DNA of 64,000 nt, taken from Octopus vulgaris (taxonomy: Eukaryota). Below, in pieces: positions 1 through 10,975 of the stretch. The DNA is taken from NCBI GenBank assembly GCA_951406725.2, contig OX597831.1, positions 48,360,001 to 48,424,000 on the forward strand. Reading direction: 5' to 3'. Position 1 is the stretch's first letter, and each line of letters opens with the position of its first letter. The translations under genes and the position numbers were made by a program. The notes under the pieces are model-generated. The model saw only the letters and a program-made list of their open reading frames with translations, did no database searches and was not told the origin of the DNA.

Positions 1-133
1 ATCATCATCATCATCATCACCATCATCATCATCAGTAGCATCATCATCATCATCATTATCATCATTCTTTTCCTCCTTATCATCATTATCATATTCCTAT
101 CAGTCTTTTGCCTTGTGTGTGTGAGTCTGTGTA

Positions 134-165
<32 letters not shown>

Positions 166-318
166 TGTGTGTGCACTTTGCTGTGCATATAAAAGTGTGT
201 ATTGTGCTCTGTGTGTATGTGTGTGTGTGTGTCTGAGTCGTTGTCTAATTTGCATTATGGAATCCAAACAATAGAAAATGCGGAATATTTCAGATTTATG
301 CATGTGTATGTATGTGTG

Positions 319-365
<47 letters not shown>

Positions 366-1730
366 GTCCATATACATACATTTATACATTTAAATGTGTG
401 TGTGTGTGTGTGTGTGTGTACATATATATATATGTGCATAAACATGCGTAAATATATGTATGTATGTACATATACACACACACACACACATGTATATATA
501 TGTATGTATATACATGTGTGCGTGAACTATTCACATGCTCGTACACAGGGAAAGAACAAATCATTAGAACCAACATTTGCCACTATACACAAACCAAAAA
601 AATTAAATGAAAGATATTTTCGGTGCCTTCTAGAAATTTCCATTTTGGTAAAATGCCCAAAGTAATTAAATTATTCTATCTTAAAGATAAATTATCTTAC
701 TACATTACTTGGTTCTGGAAACTTTTATACCATTTTATTGTATCAAGTTTGATGCTTTACGCTATTACTCCTTTTCTTCTTTCATTCAGTGGTGGTGGTG
801 GTGGTGGGGGTTAGTAAGTTGGAGGTGAATTCTGCTAAAACCAATCTCCTTACCATATGGTTCATTGCAATGACTATGGTACCGAGTGGAATCACCAGAA
901 TGAATGATGCTTAATTACTTAGGAGCGAGGAAGGAAATGTAGAAGTTCAGTGATGTAAATTAACTGTATATCTGTCACCTAGGAGATTTATTGTAATTAA
1001 AAAAAAAATTTTTATTTTTTAAATATATATATAGGTGCAGGTGTTGCTGTGTAGTAAGAAGCTTGCTTCCTAACCACATGGTTCTGGGTTCAGTCCCACT
1101 GCATGGCACTTTGGACAAATGCCTTCTATTATAACTTCAGGCTGGCCAAAGCCTTGTAGATGGAAATTGAAAGAAATCCATCATGTATGTATGTATGTAT
1201 ATATGTATGTATGTATGTATGTACGTATGTATGTATGCACACATGCATGTATGCATGCATGCATGTATGTATGTATGTGTGCATGCATGTACATGCATAC
1301 GTGCATGTACATGCATACGTGCATGTGTGCATGTGTGTGTGTGTGTGTGTGTGTCCCTTACCATCAATTGACAACTGATGTTGGTGTGTCTAGGTCCCTG
1401 TAACTTAGCAGTTCAGGCAAAAGAGACTGATAGAATAAGTACTAGACTTACAAAGAATAAGTTCTGGGGTCAATTTCTTTGACTAAAAAGCTTTTAAGGT
1501 GGTGCTCCAGCATGGCCACAGTGAAAAAACTGAAACAAGTAAAAGAATTAAAGAATAAAAGAATATGTGCAAGCATAGCTTTGTGATAAGTACTTTGTTT
1601 CCCAACCACATGGTTCCAGGTTCAATCCCACTGTGTATCACCTTGGGCAAGTGTATGCTACAATAGCTTCAGGGTGACGAAAGCCTTGTGTGTATATTCA
1701 GGAGACAGAAACTGAAAACATTATATTTAT

Positions 1731-2470
1731 ATAGGGAGCAATGAATAAATTGTCGTCTAAATTATGTAAAAATGAAAATAATACTGACATCTCATTTTAA
1801 TGGATATATTTACTAAAATTACATTAAAATTTCTTGAAATACTAAAGAGTAAATTTATTCAAAACCATGGCCTCCAGACGACTTCAGAATCTCCTGCAAC
1901 TCTTCTGGGCAGTCTTCTGGTTTAAGTTGGTGAATGCTGCCATAATCCTCGCCTTCAGTTCATCTTTGGTGTTACAAGGAGTTTTGTTGGTCTCTCGCTC
2001 AATTGCACCCTACACATAATTATCAAGGGAATTGCAGTTTGGGGAGTTAGGTGGCCAAATGTTAGGGGTGATGTGATCACAGAAATTGCCTGACAGCCAT
2101 GGGTGGATTCTCCTGGTTGTATGGCATGGTGCAGAGTCCTGTTGCCAGACAAAGGGTCTTCCAGCTGCCACCCTCTTGACTGAGAGCAGTACTCCATGTT
2201 GCGTGTGAGGCTATGTGGGAAGATGAATGGGGGCATAACGTCCCCATCACTAGTGATCACTTCAAACACCATGAATTTGACTAGATGTTTGATTTTTATC
2301 ACTCTTGGTACATGTTTTGGGGACACAGCAATCCAACAGTTGTTCTGTGTGTTCCCCATCTAATCTTGTCAGAAGTTTTTCTCATCTGAGAAAAACCAAA
2401 GCATGTTCAGTTGGAGGTGATGCTTGAGTATGTTCAAAAGATTCATAGCTATGTCTTTCCTCTTGTCCTT
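1731..2470 (-). mobile_element. Tc1/mariner-superfamily transposase remnant
   Basis: ORF 1955-2359 (QNNCWIAVSPKHVPRVIKIKH..MVFEVITSDGDVMPPFIFPH) is typical of the IS630-Tc1-mariner DDE domain; degraded by frameshifts. Confidence 0.75.
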
Positions 2471-2662
2471 GAAAATTCTAACTGGGCCCCACCTGCAAGG
2501 TCACACATTATTTATCTTGATATGAGATCACCATGTCATGCACATATGGTTGTGATGCATGTACCTGATGTACCCTTATCAGACGGGTAGTCATGATGGG
2601 TATACTTTTAGCCCAGTATATTTTAACCCAGTGTCACTTTGATGGTCACTGCTCTCTCATTC

Positions 2663-2708
<46 letters not shown>

Positions 2709-2770
2709 TTTCGTTTTGGGATTTGGTTTGCTAGATTCTTTATGTGAGTTCGTGTGTTGAAGCATATTCT

Positions 2771-3004
2771 GTTGTATCTGGGGACAGTAATTTTCTTTTT
2801 GTGCCTTATAATTTAACACACTCATTGGTAAAGTTTCCACTTACTTCCTAAAATTTTCATGTAAATAACGGACAGAGTCAAGACTATTGAAAAGGCTGCA
2901 AGACGCAACAAAAATTTAAGCGAAATAAAAATAAGTGGAAATTTTACCAGTGAGTGTGTTTAATTATAAGGCACAAAAAGAAAATGACTCTCCCCAGACA
3001 CAAC
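2771..3004. repeat. Inverted repeat, ~73-bp arms (2771-2843 / 2932-3004), ~88-bp spacer
   Basis: gttgtatctggggacagtaattttctttttgtgccttataatttaacacactcattggtaaagtttccactta matches the reverse complement of 2932-3004 with about 6 mismatches. Confidence 0.9.
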
Positions 3005-3005
3005 A

Positions 3006-3036
<31 letters not shown>

Positions 3037-3047
3037 AATAATGATAA

Positions 3048-4709
3048 TTTCAACTGTGGAATTTTTCAAGGTGACTCACTTTCACCTTTAATATTCTGCA
3101 TAGCCCTAATACCCCTTACAAGTGAATTAAACAGAACAGGGTATGGGTATAAAATTGCCAATAAAAAAATAAGCCATCTATTTTATATGGATGACTTAAA
3201 ACTTTATGGTAAAGACAATAATGAACTTGAAGGCCTATTGCGCACCGTGAAAGCATTCAGCGATGACATCGGGATGGAGTTTGGACTTGAGAAGTGTGCC
3301 AAGGCCACTTTCCAGAAAGGGAAAGTGAAGACCACAAATTCAGTCGTGTTAGATGTTGACACAGTCATAAGAGAGCTTGAGCAAGAACAAACATACAAAT
3401 ATTTAGGGATAAATGAAGGCTCTGGTATTCAGCATGCAAGCATGAAAGAGAAAATCAGGAAGGAATGTTATAGGAGAGTTCGTGCAGTCCTGAAATCTGA
3501 ACTAAATGCACGTAACAAGGTGTTAGCTATAAATTCCTTAGCAGTTCCAGTTGTTACTTATAGCTACAATGTGTTGAACTGGAATATGAGTGAAGTAAAG
3601 AATATAGATAGAAAAATACGTAAGCTGCTGAGTTGTAATAGGATGCACCACCCAAAGGCAGACGTAGATCGCCTTTACCTTCCCAGAGCCCAAGGAGGTC
3701 GAGGCCTGATCCAATTTGAACTAGCTTACAAAACAACCACAATTGGACTGGCCAAATATCTCGAAATATCGAATGACTGGATGCTAAAGCTCGTGGAAAA
3801 TCACGAGAGACGAAAGAAGCTTCATTCTATCATAAAGGAGAGCAAAAAATTTGCTATTGATCTCGTGCAGGATACCCAACTATTGTTGCAAAGAAGGTGA
3901 AAATGATGGCAATGAAGAAAGCGCACGAGCAATTGGCTGATAGGTGGGAGGAGAAACCTCTGCACGGCAAATATGTGACCCGCAGCAAACAAGCTGATGT
4001 TGACCAGAAGCAAACCCATCAGTGGCTACGGAGCTCAGGGCTAAAAGCAGAGAGCGAAGGTTTCATCCTGGCTGCTCAAGATCAAAGCCTATTAACCCGG
4101 AACTACCAGGCCAACGTGATGAAAAATGGAGCATACCCAAAATGCCGATTCTGCAACGACATGATTGAAACAGTGGACCACCTAATCTCTGGATGTAAGG
4201 TCTTAGCACCAGTGGAGTATAAATTAAGACATGACAGAGTTGGCCAATATCTCCACTGGCTAATAAGTCGGCATTACAATATCAAAACTGCCGACAAGTG
4301 GTATAATCACCACCCTGAGGCTGTAACTGAAGGAGAAAATGTAACCATTCTGTGGGACTTTCCAGTACATACAGACCGAACCATCAAGGCCAATAAACCA
4401 GATATTGTTGTGAAAGACCAAAACAATAAAGTTTGCTTATTGATCGACATGAGCATCCCCTGTTATCATAATATCTCAGCGAAAGAGTTTGACAAGCTCA
4501 GAAAATATAAAGACCTACTCATTGAAATTGAGAAAATGTGGCATCTCAAGGCGGTTACAATACCAGTGATCGTAGGAGCACTAGGAATGATCAAGAAGGG
4601 AACCGAAAATTATATGAGAATGATCCCTGGCTTACCATCCCTGCAAGAAGTGCAAAAGATTGTCTTAACTGGTACATCACACGTATTGAGAAGAGCATTG
4701 TCGATGTGA
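3048..4709 (+). pseudogene. Frameshifted RT/RLE polyprotein remnant of the R4-like element
   Basis: Two consecutive ORFs overlap at about 3897-3900 with a frame change. The N-terminus of the track ORF is poly-Asn from the microsatellite, not real protein. Confidence 0.85.
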
Positions 4710-4886
4710 GAACTGTTGCTGCTCATGTATTTTAATTTAACTTTAAAAAAAAAAAAAATTTTTTTTAAAAATGAACGAACTACTGAGTTTGGTTTAATGG
4801 CCTACCAATGTATACTATGAGTTTCTTTGCCCTAGGAGTCGGGAAGACACTCGGCAAGAAATGGAAGCAAATTTGAAAGAGAAAAA
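3048..4886 (+). mobile_element. 5'-truncated R4/Dong-clade non-LTR retrotransposon (RT + CCHC zinc knuckle + restriction-like endonuclease), inserted in a (TAA)n tract
   Basis: RT motifs GIFQGDSLSP, LFYMDDLKLY, YKYLG, RLYLPRAQGGRGL (ORF 2935-3900). Second frame (3897-4709) has CRFC..HLISGC, RHD, KPD..D..K and IPVIVGALG. (AAT)n tracts flank it at 3006-3047 and 4887-4965; 3' UTR is about 4710-4886. Confidence 0.93.
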
Positions 4887-4890
4887 AATA

Positions 4891-4970
<80 letters not shown>

Positions 4971-4974
4971 CAAT

Positions 4975-5011
<37 letters not shown>

Positions 5012-5014
<3 letters not shown>

Positions 5015-5268
5015 AAGTGAATATGTACCAAGAATTGAAACATGAGACAGTATATTTGTGGGGAGTGACGAGAGTGAAGGTTATATCTATTGTTATGGGG
5101 GCACTTAGAACCATGACAAACCAATTTCAGAAGTGACTTGGCAGAGTTGGACGCACTCTCAAAACTGAGATTTTGAGAAGAGTCAGGATCCACGGTCATT
5201 AGTTATGACCCGCTCTTGATCAAAAGATATTGATATATGACCACTCAGAGGAATGTAGCAATAATAAT
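5012..5268 (+). mobile_element. 3' end fragment of a second, diverged R4-like RLE element
   Basis: YQELKHETVYLWGVTRVKVISIVMGALRTM aligns with KYKDLLIEIEKMWHLKAVTIPVIVGALGMI of the upstream element. It follows the (AAT)/(AAC)n tract and ends in aataataat. Confidence 0.7.
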
Positions 5269-6377
5269 TCTATTAGCATAAAGTCTGAAAATTTTGGTGG
5301 GAGTGGGGCTAGTTAATTATATGGATCCCAGTACTGAACAAGTTCTTATTTTATTGACTCTGAAAGAATGAAAGGCAAAGTGACCTTTGTGTCATTTGAA
5401 CTCAGGATATAAAGAACTGAGGGAAACACTGCTAAGCAATTTTTCTGTCATGCTGAAGATTCTGCCAGCATGCTGCCTTCTGCTTTGCCAATAGTATGTT
5501 CTAAAAAAATTTCTGCCAATGCAGGAACCGATGTGCATAGTAATCAATAGCTGTGTTGTGCATATATGTATACATGTATGCATGGGGGGGGGAGGCACAA
5601 GAACTTTATAATTTCCAATTTACAATACTGTTTTCTGTTTTCAATAGCATTACACATCTGACCGACATCTTGCCACTTTATGCCCATCGTCCAAATACAT
5701 TGTAGTATTCATTTCATACCGTTGTACCATTCCACTAACTGTTCATTGATTTACATTAACCATTATTTATCTTTATTAGTTCATCCATGTGAAGCCAGAA
5801 CACATTTCATCTTGCCCCAGGATGACATCATATTCTTTTGTATACAAGCTATAAATTCCACCACCATCCATCGCAGCCCATCACTACAACCAGTGAACAT
5901 TACATATTTGATCTCAATCTAATCTATATAATAACAAAGCTTTTTTTTTTGCTGTTGCTGTTATTGATATCAAGCCAATAACTTGATCGTCCAGTAACTT
6001 CATGGTCCACACTACAACTGATTCCCCCACACCAACCTCTATGAAGTTACTTACAATAACAACCAAATTCCCTCAAATCACTCACTTCAAAAATAATGTG
6101 ATAATGTAATTCTAGATGTGCAAGTAAGACACGTTGGTCATTGTTGGAATGACTTTGATTATAGACCTGCTCAAACAGGGTTTGCCAGCTGTGGTTAAGA
6201 GGTATGCAACCATTCAGTTTCACTGTATGGTTGTATACATGTTTTCAACTGTAACATTGCAATGACCAATACGTTGTGAATAAAACTTGGTGGACAAAAA
6301 TTGTATAGAGACCTTGTATTTACATCTCTGGGTATACATTTATATATATATATACACATTACATATGTATATGAGGA

Positions 6378-6710
6378 GACCGCCTTTGGTCACAAATGAC
6401 CGTGGGATTGCACCTAGAAAGTTACCCTCTGAGGCACAAGTCTGGGCAAGGTAGTTTATGGAAGGCCAGCAGTCGCCCATGCATACCAGCCTCCACTCTC
6501 CACACCACTGATGTTATCCAAGGGAAAGGCAAAGGCTGATACAGCTTGACACCAGTGACTTTGCAACTCATTTCTACAACTGAGTTAACTGAAGCAACGT
6601 GAAATAAAGTGTCTTGCTCAAGAACACAACACGCAGCCCAGTCCGGAAATCAAACTCACAACCTCACAATCGTAAGCTCGACGCTGTAACCATTGAGCCA
6701 TGTGCCTTCA
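6378..6710 (-). mobile_element. tRNA-derived SINE with CORE-like central domain (family C)
   Basis: tRNA-like head (ggctcaatggttac..gtttgatttcc) followed by gtgttgtgttcttgagcaagacactttatttc. Related copies at about 22040-22385, 29190-29350, 32358-32620, 38200-38500, 44075-44400 and 48050-48280. Confidence 0.8.
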
Positions 6711-6768
6711 CATATGTATATGTGTATATGTATGTATATCATATATGTATATATATCTTACATATATA

Positions 6769-6818
<50 letters not shown>

Positions 6819-6820
6819 TG

Positions 6821-7146
6821 TGAAGGCACATTGCTCTGTGGTTAGAGAGTCAGCCTCACAATCATGAGTCCAATCCCAGACTGGGTTGTGTGCTGCGTTC
6901 TTGAGCAAGACACTTTATTTCTTGTTGCACCAGTTCACTCAGCTGTAGAAATGAGTTGCAACAAGACTGGTGCCAAGCTGTATTGGCCCCTTTGCCTTTC
7001 CCTTGGAGAACATTGGTGTTGTGGAAATGGAAGGCTGGTATGCATAGGTGACTGCTGGTCTTTCATAAACAACCTTGCCTAGACTTGTGCCTTGGAGGGT
7101 AACTTTCTATGTGCAATGCCATGGTCATTCCTGACCAAAGGGGTTG
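6821..7146 (+). mobile_element. tRNA-derived SINE family C, inverted partner of 6378-6710
   Basis: Full-length match to the reverse complement of 6378-6710, separated from it by about 110 bp of (TA)/(TG)n. Confidence 0.85.
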
Positions 7147-7427
7147 TTTTACATATATATAGATATATACACACATATACATGTATGTATGTGTCATTTA
7201 ATGTACATTGTATTAAAATAACAGCTACAAATAGTTTCTCACCATTGATATATCTGGTTCTCCAAATTTTTATTGCATGCACTTGGAGACACAAGGCACA
7301 TTATAAAAATCTGCCTAGCCACATGTCTCAATGGCAAGAAACTATTAGCAGCTCTTATAATTGATACAGTGCACATTAAATGATATTTAACTCTCAATGG
7401 ATAGAGTACTTCATTTGTTGATCCTAC

Positions 7428-7642
7428 TCTTTTACTTTTTTACTTGTTTCAGTCATTTGACTGCAGCCATGCTGGAGCACTGCCTTTAGTCGAGCAAATC
7501 GACCCCAGGACTTATTCTTTGTAAGTCTAGTACTTATTCTGTCGGTCTCTTTTGCTGAACCGCTAAGTTACGGGGACATAAACACACCAGCATCGGTTGT
7601 CAAGTGATGTTGGTGGGACAAAAACAGACACACAAACACACG

Positions 7643-7674
<32 letters not shown>

Positions 7675-7842
7675 CATATATACGACAGGCTTCTTTCAGT
7701 TTCCATCTACCAAAGCCACTCACAAGGCTTTGGTCGGCCCGAGGCTATAGTAGAAGGTACTTGCCCAAGGTGCCATGCAGGGGGACTGAACCCGGAACCA
7801 TGTAGTTGGTAAGCAAGCTACTTACCACACAGCCACTCCTCC
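7428..7842 (-). mobile_element. Abundant tRNA-derived SINE family A with an internal (TA)/(TG) microsatellite
   Basis: Head ggagtggctgtgtggtaag..ggttccgggttcagtccc (A/B-box-like); tail gactgaaacaagtaaaagag. Copies at about 1033-1560, 9800-10065, 13778-14500, 18165-18310, 21360-21880, 24895-25332, 28651-29012, 45390-45545, 51730-52670, 53570-53968, 55600-56015, 60915-61310 and 62680-63050. Confidence 0.9.
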
Positions 7843-7864
7843 ATGTGTGCATGCATGTATGTAA

Positions 7865-7927
<63 letters not shown>

Positions 7928-8121
7928 TGTGTCTGTGTCTGTGTGTCCGTGTGTGAGGCCTTGTCTTCATGTTGCATAGCTATTGTAAATGAATGTCCTT
8001 CATTTCCAGTATTCTGAAAATGCATGTCAGGCCATTGGGGGATATTACCTTGCCTAGAAATGCTTGGCAACAAGAACGATATTTGCTGTAGAAAATTTGA
8101 CTCAGTGACATTTACCTAACC

Positions 8122-8446
8122 CAGTATTTCTTATCCTTTTTGCTCTGGCGTAACCCTTAAAATAAATTACATGTCTCAAGGAACCCCTGCACAAAAAAAA
8201 AAATTATATACCATATCTTTCTCATATTTTTTCATCGCAGTTCACGTGGTAAATATCATATAGTTGTTATAGTATTTTGATAACATAAGTTAGATAGGAT
8301 GATGTCTATATTACAATATTACAATAACCAATAATGTGTTGTGCATGAATAGTAATATTATGATCATGAAATTAGCATTAGCTTATCTCACTCTTTCTCG
8401 CAGAAACCCTAGGAACCTTTTGCAGAACCCCAGTGGAGAAATGCTA
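8122..8446. mobile_element. hAT (Charlie-like) MITE
   Basis: Termini cagtatttct...agaaatgcta; perfect 8-bp TSD ACCTAACC at 8114-8121 and 8447-8454. Confidence 0.8.
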
Positions 8447-8511
8447 ACCTAACCCATACAAGCATGTCAAAGTTGATGCTAAAATGATGATGATGGAATA
8501 TATATTTATAT

Positions 8512-8745
8512 ATGTGTGTTCTGTGCATGTGTGTGCACTGCACATGTGCATGCACTGTGCATGTGTGTACATTGTGCACGTGTGTGCACTGTACACATGC
8601 ATGCACTGTGTGTGTGCACTGTTTATGTGTATGCACTGCATGTGTGTGTAGTGTGCATGTATGTGCTGTGCATGTATGCATGCTGCATGTGTGTGTATAT
8701 ATATGTATATATGTGTGCATGTGTGTCTGGATGTGTGTATGTGTG
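8512..8745. repeat. Cryptic alternating purine-pyrimidine (TG/CA/TA) low-complexity tract
   Basis: Degenerate tgtgtgca units; similar tracts at 1183-1354, 11645-11980 and 44850-45100. Confidence 0.85.
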
Positions 8746-10061
8746 TATTGATAGTTGTGTGAAGAAGTGCTAAGTGACCCAAGTTGATGGGCCCCGTAGA
8801 AGAAGAAAACCAAGGATGGCATGACGCAAAAGTGACAAAAATTGATTCTAAAAGTCAGAATGTTGCAAAGAACATGAAAATGTACCAAAAACAAGTGATG
8901 AGATACTATTCTGAAGATGATCTGCTAGACCTATGCAAGCATGATAAAATAAACAACCCCAAAAAATATGAGAATCTTGTGAAGTGTTGTTGGTGTACGG
9001 TGTGAAAGTGTAGTGTAAGGTAATGTCGATGTGTTATCTCTTAAGGCAAAGAAGTGTTGGCTTATCATATAGTCTTGGGAAAATTGTTAGCATAAAAATA
9101 CCTTTCTGGTAGTGAAATTGATTTAATTAACTATGCCCTCCAACAAAGTTGGTGGATTTGTTCCATTTTTACAAATTGGTAATTGTAACTTCAATATTAG
9201 GAACCAAATTTTGTACAATTTATTCATAAATATTTATTCATAAATATTCTCCAAAAATATATTTGCATATATTGGTAAACCTAAAATGATTATATTATTG
9301 GAATTTGTCTTCTTTTCCTTGTTTCAAAAGAATTAAAAACAAAAAAAAAACACAAAAAAAAACAACAACAAAAAAATACAAAAATAACAAATGCAAATTT
9401 TTGGTCAGGTTTACAATTTACCTTATAAGTTTACATAGTTGACAAATTCCAGAATTTTTGTTTATCTTTCAATTCAGATCAGATTTCTAACAATTTTATT
9501 TGGTTGACTCTAAAATAAAAACTCGGTGTTCTTTGTAAAATAGTGCTTCTATTGTTATTATCTAACCCAGCAGCAAATTGTCAAAGATAATAATTTACTA
9601 TCGGTTAAAAATAATATTTCCACTTGAATCCACTTTGAAATTTTTGTTTGTTTTTTTAGTCAACTGTTATTAATTTAAATTTCCTTGTAACTAACTTATT
9701 CTATGGTTCACAGATACAAGATGCTTTAGTAATTAATTGTCTTTTTAGGAAAAAGAATTTTTCTTTAATTTAACACATGCAGTCTTCATTCTTTTCTGTT
9801 ACTCCTTTACTTCTTTCAGTTATTTGAATGTGGCCAGCCATGCTGGAGCACCGTTTTAAAGGGTCTTTTAGTTGAAGAAATCGAGTGCAAGACTTATTCT
9901 TTGTAGACTTAGTATTTGTTCTATTCATCTCTTTTTCTGAACCGTTAAGTTTTAGAGATGTAAACACATCGACATCAGCTGTCAAGCAATGGTGGGGGGA
10001 CAAACACAGACACACAAACACACATATATATACATATACATATCTACGATGAGCTTCTTTC

Positions 10062-10275
10062 AGTATCAGAAGGCATCAAGAGGAATTTAAAGAAAATTGG
10101 AATAGAGTGTCCAGTAGAACTGTTACAAAATATTTTGCTTCCTTGGCACAGTGAGAATAATCAGGGAAGTATTAGATAGTTGAAAAGAACAGGTAGCATG
10201 ATATTGTACACTGCAGGTAGTAAGTCCACTACACATGCAAGTCTTCAGGAGTTCCAACAAAACCATCATAATAAC
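10062..10275 (+). mobile_element. 3' end fragment of an R4-like RLE element
   Basis: Translates (with a frameshift) to SVSEGIKRNLKKIGIECPVELLQ...LGTVRIIREVLDS*, resembling the LQEVQKIVLTGTSHVLRRAL C-terminus at about 4640-4709. It ends near cataataac. Confidence 0.55.
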
Positions 10276-10561
10276 ATTGTGTGATTTGCCAGTGTATGTT
10301 AGCAAGAGTTGGAAATATCCAAGAGAAAAACAGTAAACCTAAGATTTGAAATAAAATATTTTGTGGTGTTAAAACTATTGACATTGCCCTAACAATCCTC
10401 TTTACCTTTTGAGAAAGCAAATGAAGAGATCCTATGATTGGCCTGTTTGAAAAGATACTATTGTTCACGAAAATACAATATAAAATAGGAAAATAAAATT
10501 AAAATAAATAAATAAATAAATAAATAAATACACAAATAAATAAAACCAGAAAGATTAAAGC

Positions 10562-10975
10562 ACAGAAGTGGCTGTGTGGTAAGTAGCTTGTTTACCAACC
10601 ACATGGTTTTGGATTCAGTCCCACTGCACGGCACCTTGAGCAAGTGTCTTCTACTATAGCCTCAGGCCAACCAAAGCCTTGTGAGTGGATTTGGTAGACG
10701 GAAACTGAAAGAAGCCTGTCATATATATGTATATATATATATGTATATGTGTGTATATGTTTGTGTGTCTGTGTTTGTCCCCCCCCCCCAACATCGCTTG
10801 ACAACCGATGCTGGTGTGTTTATGTCCCTGTAACTTAGCGGCTCGGCAAAAGAGACCGATAGAATAAGTACTAGGCTTACAAAGAATAAGTCCTGGGGTC
10901 GACTAAAGGCGGTGCTCCAGCATGGCCGCAGTCAAATGACTGAAACAAGTAAAAAAAGTAAAAGAGTAAAAGAGA
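10562..10975 (+). mobile_element. SINE family A, near-complete copy
   Basis: Same head, internal microsatellite and (gtaaaaga)n tail as 7428-7842. Confidence 0.9.

Noticed and set aside
100-665. Many ORFs rich in H/T/Y/I/C/V/M (here and throughout the window)
   Set aside because: They are translations of (CA)n, (TA)n, (TATG)n, (ATT)n and (GAT)n microsatellites, which lack stops in some frames; there is no protein-like complexity.
7597-7812. Recurring ORFs with the peptide RLLSVSVYQIHSQGFGRPEAIVEDTCPRC, which look like a gene family
   Set aside because: This is the antisense translation of SINE family A; frames and stops vary from copy to copy.
8784-9005. 73-aa ORF with normal-looking composition
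   Set aside because: No recognisable motif or convincing splice signals; likely decayed transposon or chance.
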